Shown piece after piece: positions 1-7,345 of a stretch of DNA of 64,000 nucleotides. Origin of the DNA: a virus. Lineage: Duplodnaviria; Caudoviricetes. Where the stretch lies: positions 1 through 64,000 of IMG/VR virus record IMGVR_UViG_3300037067_011169. One strand, given 5' to 3'. A program made the translations under genes and the position numbers. The notes beneath the pieces were generated by a model, which made no database searches, had not been told where the DNA came from, and saw nothing but the letters and a program-made list of their open reading frames with translations. Position 1 is the stretch's first letter. Every line of letters starts with the position of its first letter.

Positions 1-57
1 ACGGGAAAGTACCAGCATTTCGCAGTCCTCCTATCCTCTTCTATCGACAAATTGGTG

Positions 58-86
58 TTGACCGGCCATGAGAAACCTGATATGGT
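58..86 (+). promoter_or_regulatory. sigma70-like promoter with extended -10
   Basis: TTGACC(58-63), 17-nt spacer, TATGGT(81-86) preceded by TGn; predicted +1 falls at about the ATG at 93. Confidence 0.6.
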
Positions 87-92
87 TCCGCC

Positions 93-278
93 ATGAACAT
101 GAAAGAAGACTTAGCGGCTGCGTTTGCGGGGGTTCAGGCAGCGTTTGGAGTGATCCAGGATCAGGATGTCTGGTTCTGGTTGGCTTGGTTTACGATGTGC
201 TGCTTCTCCATCCTTACCTATTGGGTGAACAAGAATAGGTTAGCCTCTTGGACCAACGGCGACACTAGCCTCCAGTGA
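93..278 (+). CDS. small hydrophobic membrane protein (61 aa), possibly leaderless
   Basis: ATG start, hydrophobic stretch VWFWLAWFTMCCFSILTYWV, own promoter. Confidence 0.55.
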   Translation: MNMKEDLAAAFAGVQAAFGVIQDQDVWFWLAWFTMCCFSILTYWVNKNRLASWTNGDTSLQ

Positions 279-373
279 TAGGGTCTCCACCAGGCCGCCG
301 TTGGTTCTTTTTACGGTTGGAGTGGCCCGTGTTCGGCAGTGCTCACACAGCGGATGTCGGCGCGGGCTGTTCT

Positions 374-461
374 TGGCGCGGGTGAGTAGGGACAAGAGCG
401 GACTCCGGTTTGCGAGTCGATCATCACCCTCTTGTCCCTGCTGCCCGCGCCATTTTACTTC
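374..461 (+). terminator. long imperfect hairpin with U-rich tail (terminator or structured RNA end)
   Basis: TGGCGCGGG..AGGGACAAGAG (374-398) pairs with CTCTTGTCCCT..CCCGCGCCA (429-452); inner GACTC/GAGTC stem; followed by TTTTACTTC. Confidence 0.55.
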
Positions 462-489
462 TTGACAAACGGTCTTATCCAGGTAGGAT
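462..489 (+). promoter_or_regulatory. sigma70-like promoter
   Basis: TTGACA(462-467), 16 nt, TAGGAT(484-489). Confidence 0.5.
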
Positions 490-539
490 AGTGATCTGCC
501 ACGTCCCTGCACCTGGAAGACGTAGCTTCGTCGCAACAC

Positions 540-572
540 ATCGGCCCGTCGCAAGGCGGGCCGATTCTATTT
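540..572 (+). terminator. intrinsic terminator
   Basis: ATCGGCCCGTC-GCAA-GGCGGGCCGAT (GNRA loop) followed by TCTATTT. Confidence 0.65.
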
Positions 573-599
573 GACATCTTCCGGGTGCAATGCTAGACT
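571..599 (+). promoter_or_regulatory. sigma70-like promoter upstream of sRNA and tRNA cluster
   Basis: TTGACA(571-576), 17 nt, TAGACT(594-599). Confidence 0.7.
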
Positions 600-605
600 C
601 TGCGC

Positions 606-690
606 CAGGAAACTAGTGCTATCAGTCGCCTCCCGGCGTCACCTCAGCCAGGCTGAGACCGGATACACTGTGGCGTCGGGAGGCTTTTTG
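606..690 (+). ncRNA. putative ~85-nt structured RNA / tRNA-operon leader
   Basis: GCCTCCCGGCGTCAC (628-642) pairs with GTGGCGTCGGGAGGC (670-684); inner CTCAGC/GCTGAG hairpin; TTTTT tail. Confidence 0.45.
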
Positions 691-694
691 TTTC

Positions 695-770
695 GCGCTC
701 GTGGCCTAGTCCGGTTTAAGGCGCTGGATTGTCGATCCAGAAATCGCGGGTTCAAATCCCGCCGGGCGCG
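695..770 (+). tRNA. tRNA-Asp(GTC)
   Basis: acceptor GCGCTCG/CGGGCGC, anticodon arm CTGGA-TTGTCGA-TCCAG, T arm GCGGG-TTCAAAT-CCCGC, G73; no encoded CCA. Confidence 0.92.
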
Positions 771-779
771 CCTTCATTG

Positions 780-852
780 GCGCTCGTAGCTCAGGGGATA
801 GAGCAGCCGACTTCTAATCGGCGGGTCGCAGGTTCGATTCCTGCCGGGCGTG
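780..852 (+). tRNA. tRNA-Arg(TCT)
   Basis: GCGCTCG acceptor, GCCGA-CTTCTAA-TCGGC, GCAGG-TTCGATT-CCTGC. Confidence 0.92.
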
Positions 853-867
853 CTTTCGGGCGTGCTG

Positions 868-940
868 GCGCTTGTAGCTTAATGGCCAGAGCAAAGCACT
901 TTTAATGCTGAGGTTCCGGGTTCGAGTCCCGGCAGGCGCA
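868..940 (+). tRNA. tRNA-Lys(TTT)
   Basis: GCGCTTG/CAGGCGC acceptor, AGCA-CTTTTAA-TGCT, CCGGG-TTCGAGT-CCCGG. Confidence 0.92.
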
Positions 941-955
941 CTGAGGTTGGTGATT

Positions 956-1117
956 ATGATATTGAAACGAGCGTCATACACAGAGATTGCTAGGAAGAGT
1001 CCGCGAATGGAATTTAGGCGGGATCGCCCTCTCATATATCCAAGGATTCCGCGAATGGAATTCAGGATGAATCGACTTCTTGTTTATCCAAGGATTGCTG
1101 CGCCCCTGGTGCCGTGA
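956..1117 (+). CDS. hypothetical 53-aa peptide with internal ~48-nt duplication
   Basis: GAGG then ATG at 956; PRMEFR...YPRI occurs twice. Confidence 0.35.
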   Translation: MILKRASYTEIARKSPRMEFRRDRPLIYPRIPRMEFRMNRLLVYPRIAAPLVP

Positions 1118-1161
1118 TGTCGTGACCAAGTAAGGATGGAAAGACGGTGCCAGGGGCTTTT
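1102..1161 (+). terminator. long-loop hairpin with U tail
   Basis: GCCCCTGGTGCCGT / ACGGTGCCAGGGGC then TTTT. Confidence 0.5.
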
Positions 1162-1235
1162 GCGTCCGTAACTCAGTTGGTTAGAGTGGGGAACTCATAA
1201 TTCCTAAGTCCCAGGTTCGAGTCCTGGCGGACGTA
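1162..1235 (+). tRNA. tRNA with CAT anticodon (elongator Met or Ile2; not initiator)
   Basis: GCGTCCG/CGGACGT, GGGAA-CTCATAA-TTCCT, CCAGG-TTCGAGT-CCTGG; lacks C1:A72 and the three G-C pairs of initiators. Confidence 0.88.
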
Positions 1236-1237
1236 CT

Positions 1238-1477
1238 ATGGGTGAAATTCAAGAACGTTTGACAGATATAGTAGAGGAGATTCTCTCTTCTGGTTTGGTG
1301 CCCGTTAATTTGTCACCTGGGGCCACCACGGAATTCGACCTGGTGATAGACCGGCGACCTGACTGGGCCGTTCCAGTCAGGGTGACGATTACGATTGGCC
1401 CGGCTCCCTATAAAGTTGTCCATGGGCCGGGTCCTTACGATGTGGACATTGCCTTGGATTCTACACCTCAACGATGA
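1238..1477 (+). CDS. hypothetical protein
   Basis: ATG ORF filling the gap between two tRNAs. Confidence 0.55.
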   Translation: MGEIQERLTDIVEEILSSGLVPVNLSPGATTEFDLVIDRRPDWAVPVRVTITIGPAPYKVVHGPGPYDVDIALDSTPQR

Positions 1478-1484
1478 TCTATTT

Positions 1485-1556
1485 GGCCCGATAGCGTAAC
1501 TGGTAGCGCACCGGACTTTGATTCCGGCAGTTCAGGTTCGAGTCCTGATTGGGCCG
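1485..1556 (+). tRNA. tRNA-Gln(TTG)
   Basis: GGCCCGA/TTGGGCC, CCGGA-CTTTGAT-TCCGG, TCAGG-TTCGAGT-CCTGA. Confidence 0.9.
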
Positions 1557-1593
1557 TTATGAGAATGCCGTGAGAATACTACACAGACTACTG

Positions 1594-1779
1594 ATGTTTC
1601 GTTGTCGCCATTCGCTGGTTGAGATCATCCACCAGGGGAGGGTGGGGCAGAACGCGATCCTAGTCGGGCGCTGTACTCGCTGCGGGAAGGTCTGGATAGA
1701 CCTGGAGAATCTGTGGCAAGAAATGAAGAGACCCCGGACGTTGCCGACCGGGGTCCGTGAGGTAGGACCGTGTTCCTAA
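1594..1779 (+). CDS. small putative Zn-binding protein
   Basis: CRH...CTRCGK motif; start chosen after the tRNA end. Confidence 0.45.
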   Translation: MFRCRHSLVEIIHQGRVGQNAILVGRCTRCGKVWIDLENLWQEMKRPRTLPTGVREVGPCS

Positions 1780-1900
1780 CAGGTGCGTCCGGTCAGGGCC
1801 TTCGGAAAGACGCCAGGCGACTCTCCAGCCGGTCGTGAGCCATCAGCAATTGTAAGTGTCTGGTGTCCTACACCAGAATCTTTATCGGCAAGTTTGCCTT

Positions 1901-1974
1901 CGGGATGTAGCTCAGTCTGGCAGAGCGCGTGGTTTGGGGCCATGAGGTCGCTGGTTCGATCCCAGTCATCCCGA
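1901..1974 (+). tRNA. tRNA-Pro(TGG)
   Basis: CGGGATG/CATCCCG, CGTGG-TTTGGGG-CCATG, GCTGG-TTCGATC-CCAGT, A73. Confidence 0.92.
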
Positions 1975-2005
1975 CTTAGATGACTCTGGGGACGAGGAAG
2001 AAGAT

Positions 2006-2030
2006 CGGGTGGCGCGCCACCCGTTTAGTT
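2006..2030 (+). terminator. terminator of tRNA cluster / palindromic site
   Basis: perfect 18-bp palindrome CGGGTGGCGCGCCACCCG followed by TTTAGTT. Confidence 0.55.
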
Positions 2031-2150
2031 CCCAAGTGGGGTCTCATAGGGCTTCATAGGGTCTTCTATCGAAATACCCTAAGTCGTGAAGGCATAAGAA
2101 TTTGCTGTATTTCCCGAGGAAAACCGCAATTGCCCAGATTGCCCATCTTC

Positions 2151-2193
2151 TCCTTATCAGGGACGCGCTCTAAACCAACTGAGCTATGCGCCC
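2151..2193 (-). mobile_element. attP core: 5' half of tRNA-Ile(GAT)
   Basis: minus strand GGGCGCA-TA-GCTCAGTTGGTTTAGAGC-G-CGTCC-CTGATAA-GGA, then tRNA similarity stops; ~200 bp upstream of integrase. Confidence 0.8.
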
Positions 2194-2216
2194 TTCTCCT
2201 AACTGCCGTTTTTCAC

Positions 2217-2244
2217 TTGACTTATGGCGACCATAATGTAGACT
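2217..2244 (+). promoter_or_regulatory. possible integrase promoter
   Basis: TTGACT, 16 nt, TAGACT. Confidence 0.4.
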
Positions 2245-2250
2245 GAATTA

Positions 2251-2341
2251 CAGGTGTCGTCATGCGCCACCCGATGCGCCACCTCGACACCAGTTACGAC
2301 ACCAGTACGACACCAGGGCACGACACCAGCTACGACACCTG
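2251..2341. repeat. attP arm-type repeats
   Basis: five direct CGACACC(A/T)G copies (2285-2341), one inverted CAGGTGTCGT (2251-2260), two GCGCCACC copies (2264-2283). Confidence 0.8.
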
Positions 2342-2386
2342 ATTTGCCGATACTTAGAACTCGTCCCATAGTGAGGCGCGACCTTT

Positions 2387-3751
2387 ATGAACGACAAAAA
2401 ACCCGCAAAACCAACGCCGGATTTCCCCCTTTTTGCCCATTCTAATGGTCAATGGGCTAAGAAGATAGACAACAAGATGCACTACTTTGGTTCGTGGGAT
2501 GATCCTCAAGCGGCACTCAAAGCCTACTTGGCGATGTCTGTCGGAACCTTCCGAGCCCCTTCCCGGAAGCAAGAAAGTGTACCGTCAGAAGTGCCCACCG
2601 TCAACGGCAGACAGAAACCAAAGAAGCCCTATGATGATTTCCCTCTCTTCCCCCATGGGAATGGTCAGTGGGCAAAGAAGATTCGTGGACGGCTGCACTG
2701 TTTTGGACCATGGTCGAATCCACAGGACGCCTTGAAGAACTATCTCAAGGACAAGGATGACTTGGAGGCTGGTCGGCCCCCGCGGCGCGCGCAGGGTGAT
2801 GAAACTCTGACGGTGAAGAAGATGGTGGGCTTGTTCCTTGATGATAAGGACATTGTAGTCCAATCGGGGGAGATGGACCTTTCAACGTGGAAACGGTATG
2901 AGTTCCTTGGGAAGCTGATGATTCAAGTTCTTGGTCCCCATGCTGTCGTGGTGGATTTGGGCCCCCAGGACTTCCAACGTCTTCGGAAAGAACTCCAGAA
3001 GACGCAGGTGAGTTTATCGTCGATTGATAGCTCGATCGCCAAGATTAAGGCATTTTTCAATTGGGCAGGCCCTGGCTCCAATGCTCAGGGCTACATTGAC
3101 CGTTTGCCGCGTTTCGGCAATGCCTTCCGCCGGCCTTCGCGCGCTTCATTGGATCGTCAGAGAGAGGAAAGTGGCGACCGATATTTTACGAGCACACAGA
3201 TCAAACAGTTTCTTGCCAAAGCCCGCCTCAATCTGAAAGCCATGATTTTGCTCGGAGTGAATTGCGGCTATGGGAATACGGATTGCGCGAGTCTGCCATT
3301 TACGAAGATGGATTTGGAGCACGGGTGGGCAACCTTTCCACGGACGAAGACCGGCATTGTCCGAAGGAATCCACTATGGCCAGAAACCGTTACTGCAATT
3401 CGTGAATACTTGGAATCGCGCCCCCAGGCATTGAATCCGCGAGATGAGAAGTATGTCTTCATCACGAAATATGGTCGGCGATTCCGAAGGGACTCTATTG
3501 GGGCTGAATTCGAGAAGCTGGCGCGTGATTTGGGGATGAGCCCGAAGGACGCTGACTTTTATGACCTTCGACGAACTTGCACAAGCATTGGCCTTCAAGT
3601 GAATGATGATGAGGCGATGAGGACCATCATGGGTCATAAACGAGCCGGGAATGATATGCTGGGAACCTACAACCGATTACCTATTGATGATAGCCGTCTT
3701 CTTGCTGTGACCAAATACATTCACGATTGGCTCTTCAAGGCTCCCACTTAG
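2387..3751 (+). CDS. int: tyrosine integrase with duplicated N-terminal domain
   Basis: YDLRRT, MGH and TYNR C-terminal boxes; RTKTG lysine; two DFPLF-H-NGQWAKKI repeats; adjacent to tRNA-half att site. Confidence 0.9.
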   Translation: MNDKKPAKPTPDFPLFAHSNGQWAKKIDNKMHYFGSWDDPQAALKAYLAMSVGTFRAPSRKQESVPSEVPTVNGRQKPKKPYDDFPLFPHGNGQWAKKIRGRLHCFGPWSNPQDALKNYLKDKDDLEAGRPPRRAQGDETLTVKKMVGLFLDDKDIVVQSGEMDLSTWKRYEFLGKLMIQVLGPHAVVVDLGPQDFQRLRKELQKTQVSLSSIDSSIAKIKAFFNWAGPGSNAQGYIDRLPRFGNAFRRPSRASLDRQREESGDRYFTSTQIKQFLAKARLNLKAMILLGVNCGYGNTDCASLPFTKMDLEHGWATFPRTKTGIVRRNPLWPETVTAIREYLESRPQALNPRDEKYVFITKYGRRFRRDSIGAEFEKLARDLGMSPKDADFYDLRRTCTSIGLQVNDDEAMRTIMGHKRAGNDMLGTYNRLPIDDSRLLAVTKYIHDWLFKAPT

Positions 3752-4100
3752 GGTCTGGAATTGCCTTTTTCTTCGTCTTGGATTCAAGGGCAGAAGTTGA
3801 TCTGAATTGGAGGAACATTTTCAGATCATCAGGATCAATCCGATAAGAAGGTCGTGGCGACCGATCACCAGAAAGATCGAATGCACGAAGACGCCCAGTG
3901 CGAATCCAATCGAGCACCTTGTCGTTGCTTACTCGCAATAGTTTCGAGGCTTCCGCGACGGTCATCGGTTTGTTATCTGATATCTGTTGGCCACTAGATG
4001 TTTTCAACACTTCGGCGAGCGCAAGATTAGCAGCCGCCGTGGCATCACTGCCCACCAAGGGCAGGTAGCTCTCATAGATATTCTGTATCGCTTGATTCAT
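3735..4100 (-). CDS. xis: excisionase-like MerR-type HTH protein
   Basis: MTVAEASKLLRVSNDKVLDWIRTGRLRA...YRI; convergent with int; start uncertain. Confidence 0.8.
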   Translation of the reverse strand: MNQAIQNIYESYLPLVGSDATAAANLALAEVLKTSSGQQISDNKPMTVAEASKLLRVSNDKVLDWIRTGRLRAFDLSGDRSPRPSYRIDPDDLKMFLQFRSTSALESKTKKKAIPDPKWEP

Positions 4101-4111
4101 TTCGATTTCAG

Positions 4112-4684
4112 TTAGGCATGATAGAAGGTGAATGTGCCCATCACCGTGTATGATTGATTTCCCGTTCCAGGATATAGATAGCACTTCCCATCATAGGTCC
4201 ATCCATTCCGCATCGCGTAGCGGAACTGCTGGCATTCAGACAGTCTCTCTAAGACTTGATCGGGTGTGCTCTTGTGGCCACGGTGTTCCATGATGAAGTT
4301 CGCCAACAGAATCGCATCAAAGGGCACCAACAAGTAGAGAATTCGCGCGATGAAGTCGGCTGATGTTTCTGCCATCTGCATCAGGTCCGCGTTTACTAGG
4401 CTCGGATTAAAGGCAGGGTAGCCTCGCATCACATCGTAGAAGTCACCATGGTGCCAAGCCAGGTCGGGCCAGGCTTGGACGTTGGCTTCGTAGATGCGTT
4501 TGTCGATCTCAACACCGTGGAACTGCTCCGGCTTGATGAGGCCAGCTTCAAGAATCTGATCGACCTCGCAGCCTTTGGTGGTGCAATTGCCTGCCATCGA
4601 CCAATACTGATTGGCGATTGGCCCGTGCGGCAAGATGGTGTCTAGTCGGGCTTGTTGCTTCTTCGGGTCAGACCAGGTTTTCAT
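4112..4684 (-). CDS. putative SAM-dependent methyltransferase-like protein
   Basis: FHGVEID, WHHGDF and LVNADL segments resemble class I MTase strands; ATGA overlap with upstream gene. Confidence 0.5.
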   Translation of the reverse strand: MKTWSDPKKQQARLDTILPHGPIANQYWSMAGNCTTKGCEVDQILEAGLIKPEQFHGVEIDKRIYEANVQAWPDLAWHHGDFYDVMRGYPAFNPSLVNADLMQMAETSADFIARILYLLVPFDAILLANFIMEHRGHKSTPDQVLERLSECQQFRYAMRNGWTYDGKCYLYPGTGNQSYTVMGTFTFYHA

Positions 4685-5793
4685 TTGTACCAGTTTCGTT
4701 TTATGGCCTTGAACAGTTTCCTATGCTTGTAGACCGCCTGGACTAGCGCACCAAAGCCGTTCTTTGTCAACCATGCTGTGCTGGGAAGCTGGCCGTGAGT
4801 GGAAACCAGCCGCCTAGCGACTAGCACCCACTCTTCGGGTCTCTTTCCATTTTTCTTCTTGGCTTTCTTGATATGACGAAAGAGCTTAGGATGATGTGCC
4901 ATTGCTTGCGCAAGCCCACCATAGCCGTTCTTCGTGAGCCATAAGTAGTGGGGAAGTGATCCATGTTTTTTGACCAACTGTTCGGCGACCGGAACCCATT
5001 CGATGGGCTTTCGGGATACCTTGTTTTGCTTCATGTGCGAGAATAGCTGGGGATGCACATACATTGCGTGCCCAAGAGCCCCATAACCGTTCCGTTTCAG
5101 CCATTCCCTATTGGGAAGCATACCATGCTCTCGTTCCAATGCCTTGGCAATAGGCACCCACTCTTCCGGCAATCTTCTACGCTTGTCTTGGATGGTTCTA
5201 TCGAAAAGACGCCTATTGGTGTGCATGGCAGCCACAAAGCCGCCCAAACCGTTCTTGATTAGCCAGGCATGGCAAGGGAGGGTTCCATGCTCACGAATTA
5301 GTTGTTTGTAAACCGGCACCCACTCTTTTGCGCTACGCTTCTGGCTGTTCGCTCGTTTGATATGAGCGAACAGGACAGGGTGACTACGGATGCAGGAGTC
5401 AAGGCCGGCGAACCCATTTTTTTTAAGCCATGCTCCCCTTGGAAGCACACCATGCTTGCTCGCCAATTCTTTGGCGACTGGAACCCATTCAGCCGGGAGG
5501 CGTCGTTCCTTGTCTCGTCTGATGTGCTGGAATAGTAAGGGATATGCCATTAGCGCATTACGAAGACCACAGTAGCCGTTTTTGAGAAGCCAGGCGGCGC
5601 TTGGCAAAACGTCATGCTCCTGCCTGAGTCTCTCTGCTACCACAACCCATTCATTGGGTGACAATCCACCCTTTTTCTCCTGCCGGATATGAGCGAATGC
5701 TTCCGGGTGCATTTTGATTGCACGGATCAATCCCCAATATCCGTGTCGGCCAAGCCACTTCTGGCAGGGCAATATCCCTGGGACCTTCTTCAC
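4681..5793 (-). CDS. tandem-repeat protein 2 (7 units of ~54 aa, basic)
   Basis: GAGGAG then GTG at 5793 overlapping upstream TGA; repeat LPxxxWLxxNGxxGL...HPxLFxHI...EWVxVAxxLxxxHG. Confidence 0.8.
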   Translation of the reverse strand: MKKVPGILPCQKWLGRHGYWGLIRAIKMHPEAFAHIRQEKKGGLSPNEWVVVAERLRQEHDVLPSAAWLLKNGYCGLRNALMAYPLLFQHIRRDKERRLPAEWVPVAKELASKHGVLPRGAWLKKNGFAGLDSCIRSHPVLFAHIKRANSQKRSAKEWVPVYKQLIREHGTLPCHAWLIKNGLGGFVAAMHTNRRLFDRTIQDKRRRLPEEWVPIAKALEREHGMLPNREWLKRNGYGALGHAMYVHPQLFSHMKQNKVSRKPIEWVPVAEQLVKKHGSLPHYLWLTKNGYGGLAQAMAHHPKLFRHIKKAKKKNGKRPEEWVLVARRLVSTHGQLPSTAWLTKNGFGALVQAVYKHRKLFKAIKRNWYK

Positions 5794-6911
5794 AGCGCTG
5801 TACTCCTCTTTGGAATATGCTCGAACAATTCCCTGTACTTTGTCCGCATCTGGACGAGACCGTTGAAGCCATTCTCGTTGAGCCACGGCGTTCGCGGCAA
5901 TCCTTTGTATTTTGCCGCCAATTCCTCAGCGATTAGCACCCACTCTTCTCGCGTCCTGCCTGATTTTCTCTCCTGTTGGATATGCGCGAATAGCGAGGGA
6001 TTTCTTAGGCGAACGTTGTTGAGTTGCTGAAAACCATGAGTTTCCAGCCATTTTGGGTTGGGGAGTTTTCTATGCTTTTTTGCAAGGTTCTCAGCCACAA
6101 TCACCCATTCTTCTGGTGTTCTTCGGTGGGCCCTGGGTTGTTTGACATGAGCAAACAAATCCGGGCGTCTTTCTTTTGCACCACGTAGTCCTTCATAACC
6201 GTGCGCATTCAACCATCGTTTAGATGGTAAGCATCCACCATGTTGCTCTGCTAAGTGTTCAGCAACTGGAATCCATTCCTCAGCCGTCTTCCATCTTCTT
6301 TCTGCCTTCGGAATATGGACATAGAGTTCAGGGTGGGCGGTCATGGATTGGATTAGCGCCTCGTATCCATGCTGTCGCAACCATGCTCCATCAGGTAAAG
6401 AGCCGTGCTCACGAGCAAGATTCTCGGCTATCTTTTTCCAGGCTGTCCGGCTCCTAAATGGCCTGTCCTGCTTGATATGGGCAAATACGGCCGGGTGTTC
6501 GTTTATTGCACGAGTCAGCCCACTGTATCCATTCTTGGTCAGCCAACGGCGGCAAGGTAGTGATCCTCGTTCAGCTTCCAATATCTCTGCGGTTTGCACC
6601 CACTCTTCTGCGCTACGGCCTCCGTCAAAGTCTGTTTGAATGTCTGTAAATAGCTCTGGGTATTCTCGCATAGCACGAGTCATACCAGAGCAGCCGTGCG
6701 AGTAAAGCCACGCCTTCGTGGGCAACGATCCTCGTTCCTTGGCCATTGAGAGGGCAATCGCCCGCCATTCTTTGGGGGAATTGCCTTTATTGCTGTTCTG
6801 TTTAATGTGCGCAAATGCTTTGGGGTGTTTTCGCATCATCAAATCGAGCCCGCGCCAGCCGTTCCTCTGCAACCAGCCTGGGCTTGGTAGAAGTCCAGGT
6901 GCCTTTTTCAT
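5790..6911 (-). CDS. tandem-repeat protein 1 (7 units of ~54 aa, basic)
   Basis: GGAGG then ATG overlapping upstream TGA; same repeat; starts MKKAPGLLP versus MKKVPGILP in the paralogue. Confidence 0.85.
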   Translation of the reverse strand: MKKAPGLLPSPGWLQRNGWRGLDLMMRKHPKAFAHIKQNSNKGNSPKEWRAIALSMAKERGSLPTKAWLYSHGCSGMTRAMREYPELFTDIQTDFDGGRSAEEWVQTAEILEAERGSLPCRRWLTKNGYSGLTRAINEHPAVFAHIKQDRPFRSRTAWKKIAENLAREHGSLPDGAWLRQHGYEALIQSMTAHPELYVHIPKAERRWKTAEEWIPVAEHLAEQHGGCLPSKRWLNAHGYEGLRGAKERRPDLFAHVKQPRAHRRTPEEWVIVAENLAKKHRKLPNPKWLETHGFQQLNNVRLRNPSLFAHIQQERKSGRTREEWVLIAEELAAKYKGLPRTPWLNENGFNGLVQMRTKYRELFEHIPKRSTAL

Positions 6912-7345
6912 GCCGCCTCCTGGATGTTCTTAGCAGCCAATTCTTCAGCAACAAGTACCCATTCTTCCAGCGTCCTTGTAGTTCGCCCGATGATCTTCCT
7001 AAGATCGTTGAAGGTGTCTGCCCCGCACAAGCCAGAGGCGAGAACCAACAAGCCGCCCGTTACGTCAATGGTCTTGAGCAACTCAAAGGGTACGTCGAGT
7101 CGAAGTGCCTTTGTCCTCTGGGCAACGAGTGCTAGACGATGCCAGAGTCGCTTCCAAACGTTCAGCCATTTGTTCTTCGGGATGCCATGCCGCTTGAGAA
7201 TAGACGGCCCCAAACGCCATGATTCGTCGAAGGACCGGCCTTGCGCAGCTACGAGGAAGTCACGTACAAGAGATTGCCACGCATCCGTGTCAGGGATCAA
7301 GGCGGCTAGTCGTTCCTCCTGTTGACACTTCTTCTTTGTATGTCC
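6908..7345 (-). CDS. probable C-terminal part of the helicase (different frame), ending in a half repeat
   Basis: open frame overlapping the helicase 3' end, no good start; ends TRTLEEWVLVAEELAAKN. Confidence 0.55.
   Translation of the reverse strand, partial: GHTKKKCQQEERLAALIPDTDAWQSLVRDFLVAAQGRSFDESWRLGPSILKRHGIPKNKWLNVWKRLWHRLALVAQRTKALRLDVPFELLKTIDVTGGLLVLASGLCGADTFNDLRKIIGRTTRTLEEWVLVAEELAAKNIQEAA

Noticed and set aside
571-1035. ORF-track calls 571-789, 814-1035 and others overlapping tRNAs (1783-1983, 19469-19753, 19940-20149, 39446-40009)
   Set aside because: They overlap well-formed RNA genes and show no protein motifs
374-1161. Left-end hairpins as additional Y RNAs
   Set aside because: They lack the CGA/CUU internal loop and UUAUC
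1780-1900. Spacer before tRNA-Pro as an ncRNA
   Set aside because: Only two small hairpins (TCTGGTGT/ACACCAGA, GGCAA/TTGCC) and no recognisable motif; insufficient support
2251-2341. CRISPR array
   Set aside because: Units are 9-10 bp with 1-4-nt gaps, no cas genes; better explained as att arm sites
1-4100. Prophage boundary (attL or attR)
   Set aside because: Both sides of the tRNA half are phage-like and no host genes appear
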